Assembly (NCBI RefSeq): GCF_001447785.1
Contig: NW_015159759.1
Location: 68,112 to 132,111, forward strand
Direction: 5' to 3'
DNA length: 64,000 bases
Source: Gekko japonicus
Lineage: Eukaryota
The position numbers were made by a program, and so were the translations under genes. Below are positions 22,875-34,800 of this stretch, in pieces; position 1 is the stretch's first letter; each line of letters opens with the position of its first letter. The notes below the pieces were generated by a model. The model saw nothing but the letters and a program-made list of their open reading frames with translations. It ran no database searches and was not told the origin of the DNA.

Positions 22875-25800
22875 GTAAGTTGCACATTAACTGATGCTAA
22901 AATCCATGCTCTTTTGTGTGTTTGAGTAGATTATGTCATTTTGATAAGCATAGTCAATATTTTTATTGTATAAAAATGTCTTTCTGTGGCAGAAGAGAAT
23001 GTTTTGGAAAGCTTTGTTAATTGCCCTAAGTTTTCAAACTAGACAATTGAAAAGATTTTTCAAGTGTTAAAGTGCAGACTGTAATTACAATCCTGCAATG
23101 TAGTAAGATCTGTTTCCCAAGATGGTAAATAGAAGGTGATCAATGGCGCACCAGTTTTTTAAAAAAAAACTGATCCAAGACATAAAAGGTCTGCGAAACT
23201 AACTTTTATTCCTGATAAGCTTGTAGTATTGAGACTATAGTCATAGGCAGTATAGTAGACACAGTGCAGTCCTAGACAGTTACACCTTTCTGAGTCCATT
23301 GAAGTCAGTAGGCTCAAAAGTATGTTCGTCCACCTAGGATGGCATTGAAAAAAGTATCTGCATGTCAGAAAGGTTTTTGACAAGAATTCTCTATTAAAGA
23401 CTTTTCAGAAGGTAGGATCCATACATGTAAGGAGAATAGTATAAGTGTGAAAGAACTGAATAATATGATCTAGATAAATTGTTGGATTCTTTTGAACTAA
23501 TGAGTTGATAAAGTAAATGCATTATTCAAAATACCAGGCTGCAGCTGTCTGTCAAAAGAAATAATTTGTCTGTTTCAGGTTATGAGATTTATGTGTTTCA
23601 GATCAGAACCAAAATGCAGTGCTCAGACAGTATCAAACAGAGAAGCTCCCAAGAACTACCCCTGTACAGGTAAATAGGACTATTAGTATTGGGGAATGTA
23701 CATGGGCACTGTCCACAGAGGTAATCTGATGTGCAGAGATCACATCTATTGAAAAGTTCCAGAAGCAAAATCTGTATACTAACTTTTGTTGAGAGCAACG
23801 AAAATAGCACAGATCAGTGAGCATCACAAAACGGTGTACAGGTTAGGGGAGATGCATGGGGTGGGAAAAGTGGAACCCCCCCGGCAGAGTTTTTGCCCCC
23901 ATGGGGACAAAGTTGTGGTATAAATGAAGTGAATAAATAAATAACTGATGTAGATTTTTATTCTGATTTCTGACGATAATTTGTGATGTGTATAACCCTA
24001 GCCATGCATGATTTAGGCAAAAGCAGTTTTTTTCTGCTGTAAAAATAATTAATACATTTGTGAATTTAAAAAGAGATCTTAAGGTGAATTGAAATGACAT
24101 GTCTTTTGGTGTAAATACAGAGTATGTATGCTAAAATGTGTTTGAGGGATTTGATCTTGATCCATATGGAAGAGGCTGATATTTAGATATTATAAAATTA
24201 TACGTCAAAAGTAAGGATTGTTTTGTTTAACAGCATATATGTATTAAAGCAAACTTAGTCTGTTTTAGAAAAATGCATTTGGAGTTAATCATTCGATGGA
24301 GTCCTGGCTTACAGATGAAAGGTAAAGACATTTGCTAATTCTAATCCATTACCATGAATGTGGCTTAACCATTCTGTTTGTTTTTTCAAACAGCAACTTC
24401 TTAGATTTCATTTTTATGCTTGAGAACTATTTGTTTATGTTTCATCTTGATCCTAACCATATGTACGTGGAAGAAGCTTCTGTGTGAAATATGCTATACA
24501 GTTGGAGATCCACAAGAAACTTGTGGAGAGGGTGAATCCCTTCCCCCTCTTTACTTCCTTCCCTCTTCCTCTTTCTCTGTAAATCGTCCCTCTCTTTCTC
24601 CCCTTTCTCTTATCTGTCAATCTACCCCTATCTCTTTTGCCCCCATCCCTTCTATGTCAATCTATCCCCGTTCTCTGATAACCTACTCCTCATTCCCCCC
24701 TTCCCATTTTCTTTATCTGTCAACCTGCCCCCTATTTCACTCCTTTCTCCCGTTTCTCTTATCTGTCAATCTAACCCTCATCTCTTTTGCCCCACCCCAC
24801 ATTTTCTCCATCAGTCTACCCAACCCTTGCTACTCTCCCCGCCTACCACCCACCACTGGTACTTCACTTACCCTCACTTTGCAGCTCTCTGCACCTATCC
24901 CCTACCACCCTTTGTACCCCACTCAATCCCCACCCTTGCTGATCTCCCAACTACCCCCCACCACTGACACTCCACTCACTTACCACTCTTGTTGATCTCC
25001 CTATCTACCCTCACTCTTGGCATTCACTCACCCCCACCCTTGGCACTCCATTACTCCCCACCCTTGGCATTCACTCACCCCCCACCATTGCTGTATTCCC
25101 ACCTACACCCCTACCATTAGCATTCACTCACCCACCACCCTGGCTCTCTTCCCACCTATCCCCACCCTTGGCACACGCTTCATATTCACTCACCCCCAGT
25201 CTTGCTTTCTTCCCACCTATTCCCCACCCTTGGCATTCACTCACCCCCCGCCCTTGTTCTCTTCCCACCTACCCCCCTCTTCACACCCCAGTACCCCTTC
25301 ATCTTTCCCCTTCTCTTTTCCTCCCAACCTAATCCTACTTTCTCTCCCCCAAGCCAATAACCCCCCATATTCCCCTTTCTCTCTTCTATTTCCCTACCTT
25401 TGAGCTGGCAGTGGTGCCTGGGTGGTCCCTGTGGTAGCAGGTGGGGTGTATGTGGGGCGGCTCTAGCAGCTTCTTCAGAGTACTGCAAAGGATCCTACCC
25501 ATTAATGTATTTCTGTTGGACAGTTGCTAGACTGTATGACCTGATCTAGAGGGGCTTTTCATGCTTCTTCCCCTCCCTTTCTCTATAGAAAAGGTACTCC
25601 AGTTAATATTCCGGGGAGGGTGCCTTTTATCCTCACTGTTTGGGTGAGGAGAGAGGAGGCAGAGGAAGATTCCCAATAAATGTTCCAAGCAGTAGCCTCC
25701 TCCCATCACCATGGCAACACAGCCTTGTTTGCCCTCCTGCACCTGCATGTCCTTGCAGGCCTCGTCTGCCTGCCTTTGCTCTGCCAGTGCCAGCACTCGC

Positions 25801-28800
25801 TGGCAGAGGAGAATGGCCGGTTGTGGCGGCCCAGAAATGGAAGACCTCCAAGCGAAGTAGCATTACAGCAGACTCCAACCTGGATGAGGGAGGTGAGGGG
25901 AAGGTGCCCCCCCTCCTCTCCCTCCTCCTCCTAACAGAGTCCGACTCCACCTCAGTGTATGATGCAGTGGTCGGGACCCAGACTAAATTAAACTCGTGGT
26001 GACTGGTAACTGGGCCATAAAGGAGAGAAGGGAAGGAAGGCCCTGGTTTTTCAGGTGCCAATCCTGCTTGAGTGCTGATGGAAAGAGGCGAAGGGGGCGA
26101 AAGGCAACAGCCTCTCATGCCAGTAGTTCCCTCTGCCCGAGTAAGTCTGTTCTGTGCACATGTGCAGAGGAAGCTGTTTTACTTTGGGGGGGATTTCAGC
26201 ATCCCCTGTAAAGTTTTTAAAAGATGTAAGATTTTTCTGCAGACCTGGGTCTGCACCCCAAGTGTGCAGAAACATCTCTTTATCCTCCGTGTGCTCCCTA
26301 TCTGTGGAAATAAGTATCCGCACATGGGGGGCCCAGTTGGGAATTAGATATGTAGACAAGAGGTGGGACCTGCGATACTCGTGTGTGGGGGGGAGAAACA
26401 GCTCTGCATTGAGGAGGAAGCGGCTGCAGGTAAGCCTTCTCCCCCCCCCCCGGGCACTGGTGGCAATCTTCCCCCCCCCCCGGGCACCAATGGTGAGGTC
26501 TGAGCAGCCACCAGGCCTGCCGATCTTCCCCCACCCCCCCAGCACTGAGACCTGAGCAGCTCCCAGTTGTCGGGCCCGATCTTCCCCCGCTCCTCCCCAG
26601 CACCAGCAGCGAGTCCTGAGTGGCTCCTAGCCACCAGGCCTGCTGATCTCCCCCCCCCCGGGCACTGGCGGCGAGGCCTGAGGGGCTCCCAGCTGCCAGT
26701 CATGCCATAGAGTTCCCAGAGCATTCTCTGCACATGCATAGGGAATGCTCTTTTACTTTGGGGGGGTTTTATGTATCCCCCGTATAGTTTTTAAAACTTT
26801 TCAGATTTTTCTGCACACCTGGGGAGTGCACCAAGTGTGCAGGAAAATCTCTTTGCCCCCCAAGTGCCCTCGATGTGCGGAATTAAATATCTGCACAGAG
26901 GGGGCATCTTGGCCATCAATATATAGATACTGATACTGATATATAGATATACTGATATATACTGATATATACTGATATATACTGATATATAGATACTGAT
27001 ACTTAAAAACAATACTGTCTCCTGATTTTTAGTGGAACTGAATTTTTTTATCAATGTTATGATGAAAGCCAGCGGAATGTACTTCTACACACTATTATGA
27101 CACATGAACTCTAGACTGCATTTGAAATAGGAAGGCTTATTATTGCAGTACCTTCTATGCAGCCGATTAGGACACAAGGCGATATCGTATGAGGCCTCTA
27201 TTGTACACCTTAGCTTTGGACCACTGCTAATTATTATAATTTTCACTTGGTCCTATATTGATTAATACTTTGTTTTATTATTGCAACATTGAGCCTACAT
27301 GTATTATTTATGCTTAACCAGAGAAGAAGGCCAGTTGGCTGAAATGCGTTGAGTCACATAAGGTCCTGTTTATGAATACTGTATGATTTTAATTCTTGTT
27401 GAGACTGCATTTGGGCCTATAACTTTTAAAATAATTTGTAATAAATAGATGTCTTTCTGATAACCTGTATTTTCTGTACGTTAATGCTCTATAACTATTG
27501 ATTTAAGATTGGGGTGTCCTATTTGTATCTTTTAGTTTCTTAATTCATAATTCTTGGGTTACGTTTTGTGTTCCTCTTCTTTTTCTTTCCTTGTAGTATA
27601 ACATATTACAGCGTGTTAGCCTTTAATAAGGCCTTTAGGCTTATTATAGTCCTTTGCCCTCTGGCACCAGGTGGTCTCTGGGATCCAATCAGGGATCTTG
27701 CTTGATGGAACTCATCCACTCCGAACTTCCCCCTCCCATCTAGTTACACAATTGAGCACTTTGTTGTTGTTCAGTCGCACAGTCGAGACCGACTCTTCGC
27801 GACCCCGTGGACCACATCACGCCAGGCCCTCCTGTCTTCCGCCATCCTCTGGAGTTTGCCAATCAAGCACAGGTTCTCACAACTAATTACCACATACTTG
27901 AATCTGGCCTTGAAAGAGATAAGGATGGTATCAGCAGTAAGGCCCAAACTATGGATACCTGTAAGCCGGAGCAGGCCTGCTAATAATCATGTTATCCCTT
28001 GAGGGCAGTTAGGGTGCTTTGCCTCACAGGGACTGACCAAGCTCACTGTGAAGATACTATGAAACTAGTATTCTTGTTTAGCTAAGGATGTGCTNNNNNN
28101 NNNNNNNNNNNNNNNNNNNNNNNNNNNNNNNNNNNNNNNNNNNNNNNNNNNNNNNNNNNNNNNNNNNNNNNNNNNNNNNNNNNNNNNNNNNNNNNNNNNN
28201 NNNNNNNNNNNNNNNNNNNNNNNNNNNNNNNNNNNNNNNNNNNNNNNNNNNNNNNNNNNNNNNNNNNNNNNNNNNNNNNNNNNNNNNNNNNNNNNNNNNN
28301 NNNNNNNNNNNNNNNNNNNNNNNNNNNNNNNNNNNNNNNNNNNNNNNNNNNNNNNNNNNNNNNNNNNNNNNNNNNNNNNNNNNNNNNNNNNNNNNNNNNN
28401 NNNNNNNNNNNNNNNNNNNNNNNNNNNNNNNNNNNNNNNNNNNNNNNNNNNNNNNNNNNNNNNNNNNNNNNNNNNNNNNNNNNNNNNNNNNNNNNNNNNN
28501 NNNNNNNNNNNNNNNNNNNNNNNNNNNNNNNNNNNNNNNNNNNNNNNNNNNNNNNNNNNNNNNNNNNNNNNNNCTCTCCCCCCCCCCCCCCCGGGCACTG
28601 GCGGCGAGGCCTGAGTGGCTCCCAGCTGCCAGGCATGCCACAGAGTTCCCAGAGCATTCTCTGCGCATGCATAGGGAATGCTCTTTTACTTTGGGGGGGA
28701 TTTATGTATCCCCCGTATAGTTTTTAAAACTTTTCAGATTTTTCTGCACACCTGGGGAGTGCACCAAGTGTGCAGGAAAATCTCTTTGCCCCCCAAGTGC

Positions 28801-31800
28801 CCTCGATGTGCGGAATTAAATATCTGCACAGAGGGGGCATCTTGGCCATCAATATATAGATACTGATACTGATATATAGATATACTGATATATACTAATA
28901 TATACTGATATATACTGATATATACTGATATATAGATACTGATACTTAAAAACAATACTGTCTCCTGATTTTTAGTGGAACTGAATTTTTTTATCAATGT
29001 TATGATGAAAGCCAGCGGAATGTACTTCTACACACTATTATGACACATGAACTCTAGACTGCATTTGAAATAGGAAGGCTTATTATTGCAGTACCTTCTA
29101 TGCAGCCGATTAGGACACAAGGCGATATCGTATGAGGCCTCTATTGTACACCTTAGCTTTGGACCACTGCTAATTATTATAATTTTCACTTGGTCCTATA
29201 TTGATTAATACTTTGTTTTATTATTGCAACATTGAGCCTACATGTATTATTTATGCTTAACCAGAGAAGAAGGCCAGTTGGCTGAAATGCGTTGAGTCAC
29301 ATAAGGTCCTGTTTATGAATACTGTATGATTTTAATTCTTGTTGAGACTGCATTTGGGCCTATAACTTTTAAAATAATTTGTAATAAATAGATGTCTTTC
29401 TGATAACCTGTATTTTCTGTACGTTAATGCTCTATAACTATTGATTTTAAGATTGGGGTGTCCTATTTGTATCTTTTAGTTTCTTAATTCATATTTCTTG
29501 GGTTACGTTTTGTGTTCCCCTTCTTTTTCTTTCCTTGTAGCATAACATATTACAGCGTGTTAGCCTTTAATAAGGCCTTTAGGCTTATTATAGTCCTTTG
29601 CCCTCTGGCACCAGGTGGTCTCTGGGATCCAATCAGGGATCTTGCTTGATGGAACTCATCCACTCCGAACTTCCCCCTCCCATCTAGTTACACAATTGAG
29701 CACTTTGTTGTTGTTCAGTCGCACAGTCGAGACCGACTCTTCGCGACCCCGTGGACCACATCACGCCAGGCCCTCCTGTCTTCCGCCATCCTCTGGAGTT
29801 TGCCAATCAAGCACAGGTTCTCACAACTAATTACCACATACTTGAATCTGGCCTTGAAAGAGATAAGGATGGTAAAGCAGGAAGGCCTAAACTATTGACA
29901 CCCACAAGCCAGAGCAGACTGGCTAATAATCACATTAACCATTGAAGGGGAATTAGGATGCTTTACCTCACAACTTCCTGTTGCTTGTAGCATGGGCCTA
30001 ACTGTGAAGCAGGTGCTATGCTTTCTATATTGCGAATATAGATTTCCTACTGAACACAAATTGTTTGTCCCCATCACTTTTTAAGCTAGTCACCCATGTT
30101 AGAGTCTAAAGTCAGGTCTGAGGACTTGCCCTATAACACTTGCATTTGGAAAGCCGAGGGTGGGATTTGCTTAGAAAACTTAAAATGGTATTTACTAAGA
30201 AAATCACATGCCAAGTGCAAGAGTGGTTTCTGTGGTAAAGAAAATAAACATTAGAGAAGTAAGGCTTGTCATGGATGCACCAAAAAAAGATAACAAACTG
30301 ACTGGGATTAATAAAGTGTTTCTACACATTCCAATCATTTGGTAGGATTCTTCCTGGTACGTAAACATTGTACTCTCATTAGTATACTCTAGTTTTGTGT
30401 GAAAGTTACTGCAAGAAGACTATTGATGTTTGAAGTAGTGTGCTATTGGTTTAATTAGTATAACTGATAACTTAATTTTACATTTCTTTTTAGTATATTA
30501 TCTCCCGTGCTTATTGAATATGATAAACATTTGGAAGAAATGAGTGAACAACTGCGATACTGTCAGGTATGAATAATGAACTAGCAAACTTAACAATTAG
30601 TATCTTGCTGAACTAAAGTGTTTTAAGTGTTAAACCTTTTTTTTTTGGCTACTGAATTGTAAATTGTCCTATTTTAATAGTGAAGCATCTGAATGGTTTT
30701 GATTATCTCTTGCATCTTATTGTATGCAATCTGAACTTTTAGCCCCTGTTAAAATGCTTACTTGTCCTGTATTGGCTTCTCTTTAGGGACAGATGGGCGA
30801 AATGAAATTAAAACTTGGACAGGTCACCAAGGAAAATGAAAGGTAGAGTCAGTAATCAATGCATGTTCCAAAGATGTTCTATGATTTTAAAGCAAAACTG
30901 TTATTCTTCTGAGTAGCATTTGATAAAATCCCAGTTTTAACTTTGTTTGTAAATTCAAATGATACATGTACAGATCCACCTAACAGTCATAGGATCCAAA
31001 CCACATTTTACTAACATGTCAACAACAATATTAGGAACCTTATCAAGTCTTACTGAAATCAATAAATTATGTCTACAGCATCCCCCTGATCCAGGAGGTA
31101 GTAACTTTTTTAAAAAGAGAGATAAGTTTAGTCTGACATGATTTGTTCTTGAGAAACCCATGCTGGTGCTTAGTAGTCACAGCTGTCCTTTTTAAAAGCT
31201 CAAGGACTTATTGTTTGATGATTTGTTCTAAAACGTTTCCAGGTATAGATGTCAAGCTGATGGGTCGGTAGTTACCTGGATCCTCCTTTTTCTCCTTCTT
31301 GAAGATGGGGACAACATTTGCCCGCCTCCAATATTCTGACACCACACCTGTTCCCCAAGAATTCTCAAAAATAATGGCCAGAGGCTCAAAAATTACGCCC
31401 ACAAGTTATTTTAGTACCCTTGGATGCAGTTCATCTGGCCCTGAGGACTTACATAGTTTCATTTAAAGAAACCAGGACCAATTCTGCAAAAACAGTCATT
31501 CCACCCTCAGTCTCCCATTTCCCCTGCAGGGGAAATTGGGGGGAGATGCGGGTCAAAATTCAGCAGTGCAGCAAACAGTGGGAAATTAAGCAGTACAACC
31601 GGGAAAATGGGAGACCAAGGGTGGAGCAACTGCCTTTGCGGAATCGGTCTAGGTGTTTATGTACTACTCCTATGCTGATCCTAGGCTGCAACTCCCTTCC
31701 CTCATAATGTGTTCTGTTTTTGCCATGTTGCTCACCTTTTCCCTCACAAGAGAAGACTTATGAAAAGTAGGAATTGAGCAGTTCTGCCCTCTCTTCATGA

Positions 31801-34800
31801 CCTGTTAAAATTTCACTTTCCTGTTCCCGCAATGGACCTATTGTGCCCTTGCCTGGACTCCTCTTTAACGATGGAGGCCCAGGTGGCAGCCACTGCCAGG
31901 GCGGCCTTTTACCATCTTCAGCTGACTCGGCAGTTGGTCCCCTACCTTAGCCGTGAGGACCTGGCCACGGTGATCCATGCGACGGTCACCTCAAGGCTAG
32001 ACTACTGTAATGCTCACTACATGGGGCTGCCTTTGTCGGAAGTCCGGAAGCTGCAGCTAGTGCAGAATGCTGCGGCCAGGCTGTTGATGGGTCTCTCGAT
32101 GAGGGACCACCTTCGGCCTGTGCTGAAAGCGCTGCACTGGCTGCCGATAGCGTACTGCATTCACTTCAAAGTGCTGGTTTTGACCTTTAAAGCCCTTTAT
32201 GGCCAGGGTCCAGCCTACCTGAGGGACCACCTTTCTCCATATGTTCCCCCAAGGACACTACAGTCGGGGTGGGCGTCATCTGGAAATTCCAGGCCCGAGA
32301 GACATTAAATTTGCGGTGACCAGGACCAGGGCATTTTCGGTGGTGGCTCCTACCTGGTGGAAGGAGCTCCCGGAAGAGATCCGGGCCCTGTGGGACCTCT
32401 CTCAGTTCCGCAGGGCCTGCAAGACGGAGCTCTTCCGCCAGGCCTTTGAGTAGGAGCCGCCGCCACCACTATTCCACCTTTGCCCCCTATGATCTGGCGT
32501 ATTAACATCATGATTGCCTGGCCCCCCAAGGGGGGAGCGAGGCGCCTGGGCTCAGCTTAGATTATAAGATTTTAGGAAGTAGTTTGGAAGTTAAGATCTA
32601 CCCATCTTGTCTAAATCTGTTTGTAAATTTGTTATTGTATTTTATTGTAATTTGTTGTTTTTAAACTATGTGTTTACTGTTTTAACCTCGGCACATGGTG
32701 CCCTTGTTAGCCACCCTGAGCCTTCGGGGTAGGGCGGGATATAAATTCAAATATAAATAAATAAATAAATAAATACTGGCATGATGACAGAAGGTTGTTT
32801 ACTGGTATAGCCCTGCATTATCCTAGAGTAAAGATTTAGTTGCCATCCTAAGAAGTTCCAGGGTGGTATTAGGATTGTGCTCTTATTCTCCTCTTCTTTC
32901 TGTTATCACTTTCCCCCCCCTCTATCCTGACTAGATATTCCCAGATGCATTTTTAAAACCATTAGTGCTTTTCTAGATGGTCAGAAAGGATTAGAAGTTG
33001 CTGGTATCCTTTTCACCCTTAAAACCATAATTTAGAAATGTTTAAAGTTCTTGAAATACATACTATATTACTATTTGTTATATTAATGTATTATTACATA
33101 TTATAATATTTTCTGTCAGAACAGGGGATACATTTATTATTTATTTATATTTTAAATTTATGAATCACCCAATCCCTGTTTGGATAGGACTCTGGGTGAG
33201 GTACGACAACGTTTAAAAACATCAAACAAGTAAAGTTAACATCAATAAATAACATTTCTTACATTCTTAAAATAATCTCGTGCCTGGCAAGGCAGGATAC
33301 AAATAGAAACAATAAATGAATAAATAAAATAAAATCTCAGATGGCATTACTAATCTGTGTTTTAAACCCATTTCAGACCTTGTAGGTAGAGTAAATAGGA
33401 AGCCAAAATGGGAGAGATGGTAAAAAGGGGGGAGGGCATGCCAACCATGATGGAAAACCATCGCTGCCCTCAACCAAAAGCCTGTGGGAATATCTCTGCC
33501 TTTTAGGCCCTACATTAAATCTTACAGAACCCTGATGGTATTTAGCAGAGAGTTCCACCAGTTTGGAGCCAGGACTGAGAAAGCCCTGGTTCTGGTCGAG
33601 GACAGCGGGATATCTTTGGGGCCAGGGATCACCAGTAGGTTGTTCTCAGCAGAGCGTAATGCTCTTGGAGACATACCAGAGGAGGCGGTCCCGAAGATAC
33701 ATGTGTCCCAGACCACTCAAGGCCTTAGAGGTCAATACCAAAACCTTGCCAATAGGACTATTTACATATTTATTGCCTTTATATTATTTCTTGAGGCAGC
33801 TTGTAATACTGTTAAAATAAAAACATGCAAAAATGTACAAAGAAAGCAATGCAAAGGCAAATCAGACTACAACTATTAAAAGCAGCATCAAACATGTAAA
33901 ACACAGGCATAAAAGCAGTAGTATGGTTTTAAAAAGTGGTCATATGAGCAAATTTACCAAGACCAGAAATATTTGCTTCAAGCTTAATTTTCTGAATACA
34001 TACATGACAGTCCAGCAGTACTCTCTTCTCCTGTTGAAGCCTGCCTCCCCATAGTTTTTGTCCTTCCATGACTATCAACAGTAGATCCTGCTTCCAGAAT
34101 CCATAGCAAAACCTCACAGCATCTGAAGTATAGTTAGGGGGGAGAAGAGGAATTCATTTCTGTAAGAGCAGAACGGACAATCAGTACTGTGATATCACTG
34201 TATTCCCTCAGCATTTCCTTGACAACACTGAATCTTCTGCTGTCATCTTGAAAAGGCAAAATTGATCCAGTGTCTGTGGCTGTGTACCGTATTTCCTCAG
34301 ACCATATGGATGAGATCCATGTGCTGACTTGGTGCTCTCTGCAGATATTTTCCCTAGAACAGTTACTGCTTGGCTCACTTTCAGCTTGTTTCTTTGACAC
34401 AGAGCTAGACGTTAGTACATTCTTCATGAAGCTCTAAGTATCCATGTGAATTGTTTCTGTGCTGTATCACAGTCATGGTCAGTAAGGTGTCTACAGATAT
34501 CCCAACCATAATATTGAAAATAAATGTTCTTCCAGTTCTTGTACATGTCTCATATAGATAAACTATGTGCTTTTAACTTACAGAATAATTTAAATTGTTC
34601 TGAGCTTGATAGGTGTTTTGTTTGCAGGTGATGTTCAGTTGACAGATACAAATTAGGTATGCTCACTATGTTAAAAGCAATTGATTATTCCCCTATTTAA
34701 CAGATTACACGAAGAACTGAAAGAGGTTATTGAAAAGCAGTTAGAGGCTCTGCCATCTGGTTCTCCTTCAGGAGATGTTGTTTTTATGGATGAAAACTTA

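Larger units (their letters stand above)
26648..29873. repeat. ~1.3-kb near-identical direct duplication (26648-27929 and 28574-29873) flanking an assembly gap
   Basis: Copies differ by a few substitutions, one microsatellite unit and a 1-bp indel; identical ORF-track entries at 27671 and 29615. Confidence 0.9.

Noticed and set aside
23571-23601. Alternative acceptor 23 nt upstream of SCLT1 exon 2
   Set aside because: It would shift the frame; no support beyond a duplicated TGTTTCAG
24420-25403. 191-aa and 128-aa Pro/Ser/Leu-rich ORFs (also 11784-12294)
   Set aside because: Stop-poor low-complexity C/T tracts; not part of the SCLT1 or C4orf33 exon chains
28065-28720. Long ORFs containing X
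   Set aside because: Artefacts of the N gap
30346-30356. 11-nt microexon as SCLT1 exon 3 (tag|GATTCTTCCTG|gtacgt)
   Set aside because: Weak pyrimidine tract; 24269-24321 gives the same phases with better size and similarity
34134-34427. 97-aa antisense ORF in SCLT1 intron 5
   Set aside because: No recognisable domain or splice context; probably chance or an old repeat
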